Origin: Octopus bimaculoides
Taxonomy: Eukaryota
Length of the DNA stretch: 64,000 nt
Reading direction: 5' to 3'
Assembly (NCBI RefSeq): GCF_001194135.2
Contig: NC_068984.1
Coordinates: forward strand, 38,422,767-38,486,766
The first letter of the stretch is position 1. Every line of letters starts with the position of its first letter. The notes under the pieces are model-generated. The model had not been told where the DNA came from and searched no databases. It saw nothing but the letters and a program-made list of their open reading frames with translations. Shown one piece after another: positions 34,131-47,739 of this stretch. The position numbers and the translations under genes are program-made.

Positions 34131-35974
34131 GATGTATATTTTTTCATATTTTCAGGAAAAATGTGATAGGTTTTTTTCCTTATTTTGGTTTCAAAATTCT
34201 GTATTAGTTTACAAAATGAATTCATTTCTAATCAGTAATTTGTGCTTGGGGACATGCAATATTTTTTCTAGTTTTTCTTAAAATACAGAAAGTATAAATG
34301 AAAGGCACATAGCATGTGAACTTCTGAAAATGATGTTCCCTTATGCAAAATTTCAGTTAGTAAGGTGTGAAACTGCGGCCTATAACTTGGAACATACATA
34401 CAATCAGTTTTTGTATTAGGATAAACAGTTTAAAACTGGAATAAATTGATTTGCAATGCAAAGAAGGAAAGTCTAACATTTTAAGCAAAATTTAGTATTT
34501 AGGTAAGCTGATAGTAACAAGTTAACTAAATGAGCAGGCTGATGATTAAGGGCACAATCAGTCCATTAATATTTTTGTAATATTTGGGACTACATTATCC
34601 AATGAGTCCTTTTCTTAAAAATCCACCCTATCATCTTGAAAAGGGGATAGAGACTAGACAGTCATCCACTTAGTCATTTTATTTCTAGAAACTATACAAT
34701 GACCACATCACCAACACAACACAACAAAATAAAAGAAACAAAACACTAGATCCAGAAATATGCTATCAGAAGACTTTGCAGAGATAAACAATCAATACTA
34801 AGGGGTACATTTTCCTCACTTTTATCTTTTAATCAGGAGGGAAGTTAGTACCCATGAGCCTTTACAGGGCTTTTGAGACTGGTAGGAGAGAGGAAGGAAG
34901 GTATTATCAAGATGGGGACCTGGCTTAAATGCTTGCAACAGAGTGAACTCAGCTAAAGGTACCCTAGGTACAAAGTGGTGGTGGTGGTGGTGGTACAACT
35001 ATGCAATGAATCATGTTTACCATCCAGATAGGCCATAGAAGCATTTGAACACAGAATGTAAAGAGCTGGAACAAATACTGCAAGGCATCTACAGTTAGAC
35101 ATTCTTGTAGTTCTGCCAATCTATTGCTCTGGATTGGTAGTTCTTTTATCAACTCTGACAAGATGAAAGAGTTGATCATAACAGGATTTGAACCCAGAGT
35201 GTCAGATGTTAAAACAAATACCAAATTGCTGTCTATCTAACACTCTCATGTATGCCAACTCACCATGAAGCTAAGCTTTAAATTTAATATTTATATACAT
35301 CTGTTAGGAGTTTTAACTAAAAACAAATTTAAGCAGAAAATCCAATCAATAAAGAAGAAAATATATATATTTAAGTTCAACTAGTTATTATTTGAGGTTA
35401 TTTGTAATAAAAATATATAACAGGAATGAGTTAAAGAGAATGGACTGAATTGATTTTTTTTTTCTTATAACTGAACAAGGGAAGCGGAGGCAGATGATCA
35501 ATTGTGTGTGACAGTGATGTGAAATCAATCACAGCACGACAACAGCTGCAGTTGAAAGTGCACAGTTACAACAAACAAAGTTAGAATGTAAGTAAGCAAT
35601 AAAAAAAAAAAAAAAACTTTGATGTATTTTTTTTTGCCTGCTTTTTAAGTGAAGTTAAAGCTCACATAGAATGAAAATAAAAGATTTAACAGATAAATGG
35701 TAAAATATGAGATAGAAGACTAATGAATTAGAATAGCCATAACATAAGAAAAGAAAATAACCCTTTGAAAATATTATTGAATGAACATTTTCCAATTAAA
35801 ATTTTTGTTTTTAGTATAGATTTTAAGTTCATGGTATGAATAAATCATTTCTGTGATCTAGCTTAGAGGGTCTTAACTTAGGCTGTAGTGCCCTGCCCTC
35901 AAGTAGCACCCTGCTCATGAGGGTGCAGCAAATGTCAAGAGAGGAGTGTTTACAGGGGGTTAGGATTTTTCTTT

Positions 35975-36177
35975 CAGCCATGTCAGACCCAAATATTCTA
36001 CCTGTCTTAGGTTCAAACTGGGCAGATCCAGCCTTTCACATCTACCCTATAATGTCATTCTAGAAATACACAATCACATCATTGACATCTTAAAGTTATG
36101 AGATAATGCAGGATTAATTCCAAACAATATGAATAAATAAGCATTACATTTGACAGAATAATCCAAATGCTAAAGGG
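35975..36177. mobile_element. piggyBac-like MITE (family E), left end missing
   Basis: Same body as 57966-58191, ending aatgctaaaggg. Confidence 0.75.
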
Positions 36178-36635
36178 CCAAACAAGTTACAACATATTTT
36201 CAAAACAAATTATTTTTGAAATTAGAATGTGTACACTATTGTGATATGAGTAGAAAACATAATTGAATATGTGCCACTATATAGATTCTTGCCTTATTTT
36301 GTAATTTAAAAAAAAACCCAGAAAATGACCTGCTTGTTTATGTCAATGGACTGTGGCTATGCTGGAGCACTACTTTGAAGGATTTAGTTGAATCAATTGC
36401 CCCTTGTACTTAGTTTTTTTAAAGTCTAGTATTTATTCTATCAATATTTCCTACCAAACTGCTTAGTTATGGAGACATAACCAAACCAACACCAGTTGTG
36501 AAATGGTGAGGTTGGCAAATAGACACACACCCAAACACACACACNNNNNNNNNNNNNNNNNNNNNNNNNNNNNNNNNNNNNNNNNNNNNNNNNNNNNNNN
36601 NNNNNNNNNNNNNNNNNNNNNNNNNNNNNNNNNNN

Positions 36636-36666
<31 letters not shown>

Positions 36667-38394
36667 AGGGTATCCTGGTTGAGAGACTATATGAAAGCAG
36701 GTTCTGAGAGAGAAAAGGTTAGCAATTACTGGCCTACCTACGGCTGCAAAATAAATAAAAAGATAGAAAATAATAATCCCTTTTTCTGATGTGTTGTTAC
36801 TCAAAGCAATATTTAGCCATTATTTGTGCAGCAATGCTACAAACTATGCTTATATATTTGGAACACTAATTAGATTGGTATTAAGTTAACAAACAGTATT
36901 CTGAAGTTATACTTTATCGAATGTTTTCTATGATCTGTTTTATTGCAAAGAAACTACTTTCAGAATCATATCCCATTCTGTCTGTAACATTCGTTTCCAA
37001 TAAACAAACTATTTTGATTGCAGTTTAATGAAAGAATAATAATGGAAATCATTATCTAGAAATTTAACAACAAACACTACTGCTGCTGCTATTATAGATA
37101 CTGAGCTTTTGATTTTTATCCATTGGTAAAGTCTGTTTTGAATTGCTATCAAACAGAACAGCCTCCTCATTTTCTCCGTCCTCATTCCCCACACCTCCGA
37201 TGTAATAGCTTTGTTACAGGAAAACATAAGCTGAACTCATTATCTGTTTGATAACTTTCAGGTAGATGTCATGAGATCAACTTCACTGAAAACAAAGTTT
37301 TGAATAATTTCTGGTATCAAACTTTGGCACAATGTCATAACAGAAATCTGTGATTTAGCAGTTATTATGATAAACTTCTATAGCACAGGAGTTTTCTTCT
37401 TTTTATTTACAGTATAATCATAAAAAGAGGGGTGGCATCCACAACTTTTTGGCAGGGGTCTCATGATGGTGGGAAGATGCAAGTTATCCTCATATAGTAT
37501 TTCCGATCTCAATACTTACAACAGAGCGTACTAAAGGCATTGAAAAATTAAGTGCTGGTGTTAAACTGAGCAATGGATTAAATCTACTACTCACTGCTCA
37601 CCAGCGAAGTGACATGTATCTGGAGAGGGTTCCAGTCATCTCTAGACACAGTCACTTCACTGTATTTGATAGGGTTTGAATTTGTAGATTTTACTTTGAA
37701 ACTTGATTACTGTAAGTTTCCATGAAAACAAAAAGTAATTTTTCTGATGTAACAGTCATCTGGTAGTTCACACCAGGACAGTCACTCTCTTAACAGATGA
37801 GGAAACATGGTGTGTGAATGGAGTGTTCTACTCCAAACTAGACAACATATGCTATGTCATCTAAAACCTCACTTGTTGTCAAAAGCCTCAGAAATGAGTA
37901 AGAGTTTGCTTAGTGTAATTGGGAAATAAATAAAATTAAAAAACCCAAATTTTGTCTAGTTCCAGATCAGCCCTGATCAAATAGACCTATGATAAAAAGG
38001 CACTCCAGACAAGACCATCCTATCTTTTTGTTTTTGGAGAGTCCATCTAAGTTCCCATTATTTACTGTATTATTTTCAAGCAACAGAGTATAATTTGAGG
38101 GGGAACAGCTACTTTTAACAGAGTAGAAGATCATGTAGGCTCAATAACTAAATAAATTTGAGATTTATAATACAAGTGAGGGACTCCAACTAAACAATAT
38201 GATTAATAGTTCAATATCTTCAGTGTTTGTATTGATTAAGAACATTGTTTAGATAGGACATTAATCATTAACTCTTTAGGTACCATATTTCTAATTACTT
38301 ATGACTTTCAATTATCTTTGAAAATAATTAAGAATTTGAAGATATTTAATAAATAAAAAGTTTTTCATTAACTAGTATATTAAGGTGATAGGTG

Positions 38395-39385
38395 CAGACA
38401 TGACTGTGATTAAGAAGTTCATTTCCTGGATACATGGTTTTTGGTCCGGTTACAGTGTGATGTCTTGGCCAGTGTCATTCTACTTTAGCTCCATGCCGAC
38501 AAAAGCTTTGTAAGTGGATTTGGAAATTGAAAAAAACTCATCATATGTGTGTTTTAGTGAGTGCGCATATGTTTGAGCATGTGTATTTGTGTGTGTGTCT
38601 GTTTTCAGGTCTCCTTGTCTTGAGATTGCATACTGGTTGTAAATGAATGCCTCCATTGTATAAATCAGGGGTAGGGAAACTTCTTCCCACAGGCGCAATT
38701 GTGCCTGCGAGCTCATTTTATTGTGCCCGCAGGCTGGTATACTCATATGTACAAAATATAGTAAATTTTTCAATCATAAAATTTATACAATATTCATATA
38801 CTTATTTGCAACTTAGGTTGAATTTCCACTACGACTTAAAATGGTCAGAGTTGAGCAGAAATCATCTAATAATTGCCATTTGAATGGAAATTTTGTTTTC
38901 ACTATGAAACACATATTGCTAGGGTTGTACCACCCCCTTGAGACCCAACTACACTGTGGCTGAAAAATATTTCATAAGTAATATAAACGTCCTAAATTCA
39001 GTGGTGGTGTTAATGAAGATGTTACACGTTAATTTAATGTGTCAAACTTGTCTTTATTAATGTATATCAAATTATACATATATATATACAAAAGTTAGAA
39101 CTTGTGATCTGCCTGTGGACCTTTTTCTTAGGAAATTTTTGCCTGCCCCACTAAAAAGTTTTCCCACCCTTGATATAAATGAAAGAGTACTTGTTAACAA
39201 TCTTCAGTGAAATCACATCAAAGCATTGTGCTGTTTGTGTTTGAAGGGCTAGAGGACATATTACCTTACTTGGAAACTGGTGAGAGTTGGTATCAAGAAG
39301 AGCATCTGATCATAGAAAACCTGTTTCAACAAATTTTGTCTAACCCATATAGCCATTGGAAAAGTGGACGTTAAAACAATAGTAT
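38395..39385 (+). mobile_element. SINE family A with RTE-like tail, interrupted by a hAT element
   Basis: Head and core at 38395-38540, ctccttgtcttgag at about 38610, and the tail ttaccttacttggaaactgg...ggaaaagtggacgttaaaac at 39260-39378. Confidence 0.7.
38666..39172. mobile_element. Non-autonomous hAT (Charlie-like) DNA transposon, 507 bp
   Basis: TIRs CAGGGGTAGGGAAACTT and (reverse complement) CAAGGGTGGGAAAACTT. 8-bp TSD gtataaat (38658-38665) / atataaat (39173-39180). Confidence 0.85.
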
Positions 39386-42300
39386 ATTAAGTTGGAGTTT
39401 GGAATAAAAAAGGTTCAGGATTTCTCACCTACCACATAACCACATGTAGGGAAACAATCTGGAATTTATGTTTAATATGTTAACCACATTCCAGTTCTAA
39501 GTTTTCAAGTTCAGTCATAAATATAATACAAGAAACAAGATGAAGAATGAATTTAGCACATCATTATTATAAGTTACAATTGTTTCAGTACCACTCTGTT
39601 TCTAACACCATTGCATGTAAGTGATTCCATGTGAAAAGTTATGCAATTGATTATTGGAGAGGCACTTCATCAGTCATTATGTATGACTCCTTGTATAACT
39701 TGATTTACTATCCAGGTGGTACTCCTGTATCCTAACTCAGATATTTTGAGCATCTCTGCAACTATCCCAGATTAGTAGCATAGTGCTATAGTCTAGCATA
39801 GTAGCTGGACTCTCAGTAGGGTCAGTACAAAAGGTAGCCCCTCTTCACCACATGCATTCTCTACATTCAACATCCTCTCATAGCACTTCCTTGTCATTTT
39901 CTTATCTTCCATATCAGTGGCAAATATACCTTCATTCTGAATACTCTTCTTACCAATGAAATCTCAGATCTCACACACACACACTTGCAATCCTGAACAC
40001 TTCACACTTTTGATTCTCATGCTGTAAGATGTGCAAATCTCTTCCTCTCTGCTTCACCCTCAGCTAAATATAACTGTCACCTACCTGCTCTTCTAGTCAC
40101 TTGATAATGTTACCTACTATCCACTACCTTCCAGGTTTATCACGCTCGCTTCTTAGTCTTTACTGTCCTATCAACTGAATTATTCCACTACCATATTTCA
40201 TTTGGCTTGGTTGGGACTCTGCTCCAGCCAGATGTCAGCTCAGTGGCCCTGAGCAAATAAGCACACATGTGCATGCACACACACAGTATAACAATGAAAA
40301 TAACAAAGGTCTTAAAGACTTATAATTAGTTGTTTTATGCATTTTTGTATGTTTTAACCAAATAATGATAGATGTCAAAATCTCTAAGTAACTGTCCTGA
40401 AAGGATTAACATTCCAAGAAGTAGCTTACTGGTGAGAATGTAGGGAATTATGATTTATTCTAGTCACAGTCCACTAATTCTCCACTTAAAACTTTCACAG
40501 TATTAATGAGACATATTTTAATGAACTGTATTTTCATAACCATATATAATTAGAAACAACACTTGAAGTGAAAAATGTCAAGAATTTGTTGCTGTTAGCT
40601 TTAGTTCAGCTCATATTGAAAACTTACAATCAAAAGGCAGACATATAATAAGACATTCCAGCTATGATCATCCCATTTTTTTTTTATATACAGTGTAACT
40701 AAGACTACTTTGTCTAATGTATACTTGTTTAATTCTAGATCAATGCTAATTGAGCAGACATCATGATCAAAAGTATGAGACTATCTAATCTTGTTAGAGA
40801 TATGTACAGCTCACCCACTTATGCTCTTGTTTGATGGGACCATCCCAAGTTAGTGGCCCCAGAGGCACCATTGTATAGAGCTGGCCAGCTCCACCAGTAC
40901 TCCCCATCACTGGCTGTCCCATGCCAGCTCCTCTGCATTCCCCATCGGTCCAGAGGCATGCAGCAATCAGTTCTGATGTTGAGCACTCCAGTTTCTTCTG
41001 GTCAGTGTCATAGCAAGTTAAGGTTCTTCTGAGCAGGTTGGTGATCCTCTGCAGAATAGGTGGAAGATGGGGTTACCATCTAGATGATAAGCCAACATGT
41101 CACAGGTCACCACTAGTCTGGAACCTCTCTGGAAGACTAGCCCACCTAGAGTGTCTCTACTAGAAGCAAAGCTCTTGACAGTAATGCTCTCTCAGATCTA
41201 CAGAACATGCAAGCTCCCTTTTGACAACAACGCCAAGCTCAGGAGGTGTACAGCTACTTTATCCAATTTACAATCCAACATATTCAAGATGTTAGTGTAT
41301 AAATTTAGGGTAATTTGGTTGCTGTTCTTAATATGTTGAGCAACCGTGTAGTCATGTAACATTTTAACTTACTTCCCACCTGAAAACAGTGACAGAAAAT
41401 CAATTCAGTAGATTAATTTATACATGTCTATCTCTGTATACAAAAACTCATTTTATTTACTAGGAGCAGGAGGGTCATACATTTTAGAATAGGGCTATCA
41501 GGACTTTGCTGCTGAGACAGCTGTGAGTAAATTCAAAAAAGTTTACTCTGTGTGTGAGAGCGCGTGTATGAGCGCATGTGAGCATGAGCGTGTGAGAGAG
41601 TGAGCACATATGTGAGAGAGCAAGCACGTATGTGTGAGCGCGTGTGATTGATTGTTAAAAAAAGAACATTGTAGTAAGAGTGCCAATGAAATTGTGCCTA
41701 AACAAACTTAAGACGAAAGATTTTCATTTTGGATCTTTGTAGAGACTTATTAACCAAAATAGCTGATATGGCATTTAACAAGGTATAACTGTTGAACTGA
41801 ACTTACATAAAAACAAGTTTGGTTTAACATTTCTACATCTAATGCCAAAAATACTTATTCTTTATCTCTGCACTGAAGATTGTTTTCATAGACCAACAAC
41901 TAACATTTTAAGCACTTAGTGACACTTCTACAAGATATCTAAATCTAAATGTAGGATCCTTTACAATAACGGTCTTGTATGATCAAAGATCACTCAACAA
42001 TTTCTTGAGTGACCTTTGGCATGATTAATTCTATATGCAATTATGCAAAATAAATTACATCGGGGAAAAGAACTTGATGTATAAACAAATGCATTCAGTA
42101 AACAGAACAAACTGAAATATGAACAATAAAACATTTGTCAGTGAAGAGAAGGTTTTTTTTTTTTTTAACAGGGACCTATAAACCTGGTTTAACAGATAAA
42201 GATAATATTGGGGGTGGGTCATCTTTTAAAAAAATTAAATGGTTTTATAAGTTTTTGTATGAAGGAAATTTAATTTTCACTGAAATAGTAACCTCAGAAC

Positions 42301-42487
42301 AATAAGAGAAATTTGAAATCATAGATGAAAATTATTATAATTAAAGTGTTAACGAATGGTCATAGATAATTTCAAGGATTTGACTACAGGTGATATTTTA
42401 TATAAATTGGATATGTTATTCTTTTTAGTATATTTAAGTTGAATAAACAGAAAGCATGTGAAAAGTAGACAAAAAATAAAATACAAG

Positions 42488-43205
42488 AGATGTAGATGTG
42501 TGGTTAAAGAGTTTGCTTCTCAACCATGTGGTTTCAAGTTCAGTCTCATTGCATTTCACTTTTGACAAGTGCCTAATACTATAGCCCCAGGCTGACCAAA
42601 GCCTTGGGAATCTATTTGGTAGGTGGAAATGGAAAGGAGCCAGTTGTGTGTGCACGTGCACACATGTGAGAATGTGAGCATGCGCACATGCAAGTGTGTG
42701 CGTGTGCACAAGAGAGAGTATGTGTGTGCATGAGAGAGTGTGTGTGTGTGTGTGTGCATGCTAGAGAGAAAGAGAGTGTGTGTGCATGTGTGCGAGTGTG
42801 TGTGTGTACGAGAGTGTGTGTGTACGAGAGTGTGTATGTGTGCGTGTGCAAGTGTGCATGTGTGTGCATGCGTGTGCATGAGTATGCGTGTGTGTGTGTG
42901 TGTATGCGAGTGTGCTAGAGTGTGTGTGTGTGCAAGTGTGAGTGTGCGTGCTAGAGTGAGTGTGTGTGCCAGTGTGTCCATCCTAGTCTTAATATCTCAT
43001 GATGGCAGTAAACATGCATTATCATCATACAAGGGATATTGCTTCCATAACAACATGTCTAGCCATGGAAAAATATTACCTTGATTGAAAATAGGTGAGA
43101 GTTGGTAACACGACAGGCATCTTGCCATAAAGAAATCTCTCTCAATGAATCCCATCTGACTCGTGCAAGCATGGAAAAGTGGACATTGAAACAATAATGA
43201 TGATA
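42488..43205 (+). mobile_element. SINE family A whose central microsatellite has expanded into a ~340-bp cryptic (TG)-like tract
   Basis: Head at 42488-42640, alternating purine-pyrimidine tract at 42640-42978, RTE-like tail to gcatggaaaagtggacattgaaac...gatgat. Confidence 0.8.
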
Positions 43206-43599
43206 ATATAGAATGTTTTTAAGTAGATTAATACCAGCATGAAAGGTAGATGTAAAATGATGATGATGAGAAAGATGAATGTGTAAAAATGCTGCATTAG
43301 TAAGAGAAACTTGGTACAGAAGATGAGTTATTTAAGATGTTTTCATTGTTAACTAAAGGATATTTTGTGTGTTGTATAACAAATATATAGGACTATGTGT
43401 GATGTAAGAGAGTGAAATGTGAAATATGAAGGCAGATTGCCAACAAAGAATCAACGTTAAAGAATTAACAGGGTTGATAACTACTGAGCTGAATAAGAAT
43501 ATAAAAAAAGTGATGTGAACAGGAATAAGTTTGCTGAGGAAGTAGATTATGAAAGAAATGCACTAATAAGTAATCATTTCTCTGATTCAATCAAAAATT

Positions 43600-43920
43600 A
43601 TTATTATCATTATTATTATTATTGTTGTTTTTACATTAGCTCTCTCAGGCAATCCTAGATTGAATTACATGATTTTAAACACATCAGACATGCTGGAAGT
43701 ATGATGTATTTACTTAATGCCAACCATTCAACAATGGAGCGAGAATATTCAGGTGAGCTAACTTAGGTTGAGTTAAATGAGGAATAGTGATTAAGTAGAC
43801 ATAGATGAAAGAGTACTTGTTAACAAGTTCAAAACATAAAATCCAGTTGTTGGAATCTTGCCTATGTAGATTTACACCTACACTTTTCAGAACTGATAAA
43901 ATATGTGTAAAATTTACTAT
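43600..43920 (-). mobile_element. Possible degenerate CR1/L2-type LINE 3' end with (ATA)n tail
   Basis: The minus strand ends in taaaaacaacaataataataataatgataataat. The upstream sequence weakly resembles LINE C-terminal coding sequence. Confidence 0.3.
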
Positions 43921-44889
43921 GAAAGACAAGACTAATTGTTTTACACACTAGTTGGGTGGCTTTCAGTTTTCAACTCAATATAGCAGAACTACACTACTGG
44001 ATAATATAGTTGTAATGAGAAATATTTTAGCCAGAAGGGCTGTCACTGGCTTAATACTATGGAAACTTGAAATGGCTTAGCTTTAAGAGATTACTTGGTG
44101 TGATGACAAAATGTATACATTTATACAATAGGCCAACAGGTTATTAGTTAAAATCTTGTCTGTCATGCTTTATTTTAAGTACCTTTCACAATATCTATGG
44201 CATGTATGAAAATAAATGACTGATAAATGAGTACCCTCTCTACATTGAAAAGGGACGTTAAATTTTCTTTACAACTTCTTATGTTACTAGGATCAAGCAA
44301 GTTTTCAAAATAATCTCTCAACTGTATTTCAGATTGATTCTTCAACATGTTATTTTTTTTATTTCTAAATCATATCTTCAAACAAATCTCTACCCATTGA
44401 ACCTGCCATCATCATTGACAAAACACACACATGGCAAATTCAAATGCAAATCTCTGGATCTGTAAATACAGAAGCTCAATCTTTCAGCAAACAAAACACA
44501 CACTGTCTTCAACACTAAGAACATATGTCCCAATATTTAATCCCTCTGACAACACAGTACAAAGATGATATTTACAACTTTCCAAGCTGATCAGGTCTTG
44601 ATAACTCAGGACCTGTAAACATACTTATATTGTTTATAAGAACTTGAAACCACCATATCCATTTCATCATTTTAACATCCAATTTTCCATGTTTGCCTGA
44701 ATCAGAATTCATTAAGGCAGATTTTCTACAGCTGGAGGTTCTTCCTGTCACCAACCTTCTCTTGTTTCCCAGTGGTTGTTTTCTATGTTTTCATAGAAGA
44801 TTGGAAATGAATAACACTGCTTGTATGATGACAATGATATTAATTTCTAACTTAAGACAAAGATACACAAACACACACATACTCCTATA

Positions 44890-45071
44890 CGAGGGGGTAC
44901 TGAAAAGTTCCTGGCTTTAAGGCTATCATGAAAGGCTTGGTTGGAAGCCCAACCTTCTGAGTTCTTTTACAAGGCTAAGAAAAAACTGAAGGATTGCTGC
45001 AATAACTATAATTAACTGATCCTCCTGTATTTTCTTTTACCCAAAGCCAGGAACTTTCCAGCACCCCCTCG
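44890..45071. mobile_element. Mariner-derived MITE (family F)
   Basis: 29-bp TIR CGAGGGGGT(A/G)CTG(A/G)AAAGTTCCTGGCTTT with 2 mismatches. TA TSD at 44888-44889 and 45072-45073. Confidence 0.9.
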
Positions 45072-45719
45072 TATGTGTATCTTGAACTCACAAGATAGTT
45101 GTAAACAAGTGTTACTGTCATACAAGCAGTGTTCTTTTTTCCCACTCTTACATGGAGACATGTCTGGTCATGGGGAAATATTATCTTGCTTGGAAACAGG
45201 TTAAGATCAGCAACAAGAAAGGCATCTGGTTGTAGAAAAATCTGCCTCAACAAATTCCATTTCACCTATACAAGCATGGAAAATTGAACTATATATATAT
45301 TTATATATTGTTCATGATCCCACAAATATATATATATATATATAAATATAAGTTCATAAACTCACAAATGACAAAAGCTACTATATTGTTTCTTCTGTTT
45401 GAATAAATAAAATGAAAATTGATTTACAACAAAGGCACAAAAGCTTAAATTAGTGACAAGCATGTTAAAGTTGATTTACTTGACCACTACTTATGCTATC
45501 AACTTGGAAAGATGAAAGGCAATGTTGAACCAGGTGGGATATTAACCCAGAATGTAAAGGTATATTACCAAATATCACAAGCCATTGTTTACCACACTGC
45601 TGATCCATTATCCCCTGTGTGCTACCTTGAGCAAATGTCTACTATAGCCCCAAGGCTGATCAATACCTTGTGAGTGAATTTGATAGACGGAAACTTTGAG
45701 CCCAGCTTATATGTATACA

Positions 45720-45749
45720 ATGTGTGTGTGTGTGTGTGTATGTGTGTGT

Positions 45750-45832
<83 letters not shown>
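45720..45832. repeat. (TG)n microsatellite inside a degenerate SINE A
   Basis: Directly visible, with SINE A core upstream (ccttgagcaaatgtctactatagcc). Confidence 0.95.
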
Positions 45833-45834
<2 letters not shown>

Positions 45835-46737
45835 CTCCTATCACCATTACTGGACAACCAGTTTGGGTTTCTTTATGTCCCTGTAATTTAACAATTTAGG
45901 CAAAATGCCAGGGGTTTATTTGATGCCATCAACCCTAGTGCTTGACTGGTATTTTGCTTTATCAACCATGTAAAGATGAAAGGCAAAGCTGAATTTGGTG
46001 TGAATAATAACGATTTATTTTAATAACAATAAAGGCTTTCTCTTTCCTTAATAAGTTTGAGAAATTTCCAGCTTTATACAAACCTCGAATCTAACTGAAC
46101 TATGGAATGCAGCTCCCTCATCCACTTAGATTTATAACCAGGACATAAAACTGATGTCAAACAACAGTTAAAAGCCAGAAACTCTTTACATCTAGTCAAT
46201 CAAAACACCCTTTTTCAAGCTTAAAATGTTTTAAACATCATTTTTATTGATTTCACAGTAAATCACACAACCTCTACATCAAAATTTTCTCTTATGCACT
46301 TCACACTAAATTTTAGAACTATATTCTAAAACACAGTTCCACAAGTATAATAACCATGACCATATGAATTTTCAACTAAATATTATTAGATGTAAGAAGA
46401 GTGTTGTAGTTGCTTGAAGTGTTGTGATACAGAGGTAAAGTAATTAATAGGAAAGAATGGCTTAAAACCATAGGCCCCTGTGCCTGAAATATATAAAGGT
46501 CACTTAACTTCCTCTTTCACATTGTAAAAAGCTCTATCTTCATTATTATTAAATGTATTTCAGTTTTTCATAAGAAGCCATACTGGCAGATTTCTTTTAG
46601 ATAATCCATCTAATACTACTTCAACATACAAGCTAACATACAAATACTTCCTCAATATGCAAGCTATACAAGTCCTTACATATATAGGTTACCTATTCTT
46701 TAAATATTTCTACATCCTGAGTTATTTTTTTTTTTGT

Positions 46738-46882
46738 GAGCATGGCCTTGTGGTAAGAAGCTAGCTTCTCAACCATATAGTTCCAAGTTTAGTCCCACTG
46801 TGTGGTACCTTGGGCAAGTGTCTTCTACTACAGTCTCGGGTCTTGTGAGTAGATTTGGTAGATGGAAACTGAAAGAAGCCTG

Positions 46883-46959
<77 letters not shown>

Positions 46960-47105
46960 TTTGTATCTGTCCCCCACTACTACTGGACAACTGGTATTGA
47001 TGCGTTTACATCCCTGTAACTTAGTGGTTTAACAAAAAAAAAATTGATAGAATAAATACCAGCATGGCCTCAGTTTAATGACTGAATCAAGTAAAAGATA
47101 AAATA
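46738..47105 (+). mobile_element. SINE family A (tail i) with (TG)n
   Basis: gtggtaagaagctagcttctcaacc...gtggtaccttgggcaagtgtcttc...aatgactgaatcaagtaaaagataaaa. Confidence 0.85.
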
Positions 47106-47244
47106 TCATTTTTATGTTGTTTAGCTATAATTTGTATCTTCTTCTTGTTATTTTACCTCAGTTATTTTCTACTCACTGTTATAACAAATATCAAGGATAA
47201 TTCACTTGTACAAAACTTGATTTTGGTAGATATTTTAGCTTTCC

Positions 47245-47453
47245 TTTTTCTGGTTTCAATCATTAGACTGTGGCCATGCTGGGGTACTGCCTTGAAGAAT
47301 GTTTGGTCAAATAAACTGACCCAGAACTTTTATTTTCGTTTGAGCCTGGTACTTGTTCTATTGGTCTTTTTTGCTGAGCTGCTAAGTTACAGGGATGCAG
47401 ACACACCAACACCAGTTGTCAAGCAGTGGTGGGGAATAAATTCTGGCACAAAG

Positions 47454-47484
<31 letters not shown>

Positions 47485-47637
47485 CGATGGGCTTCTTTCA
47501 GTTTATCAAATCCACTCACAAGGCTTTGGTTGGCCTGAGGTTATAGTAGAAGACACTTGCTCAAGGTACCATACACCAGGACTGAACCAGGAACCATGCA
47601 GTTGGGCAGCAAGCTTCTAACCACACAGCCACACTTG
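47245..47637 (-). mobile_element. SINE family A (tail i)
   Basis: gtttcaatcattagactgtggccatgctgggg...gaagacacttgctcaaggtacc...cttctaaccacacagccac. Confidence 0.85.
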
Positions 47638-47739
47638 CATTATTTGTGCAATAGTTGGATTAGTTCAGGAGGAAATTTACTTCATCACCTCTACCACTGA
47701 AATATATCTACCAAGGACATTTTGCTTTTCTTATTTCTC

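Noticed and set aside
40830-41300. GC-richer stretch with minus-frame AEELAWDSQ*WGVLVELA, like an RTE C-terminus
   Set aside because: Probably an old LINE relic, but the similarity is too weak to list as a feature.
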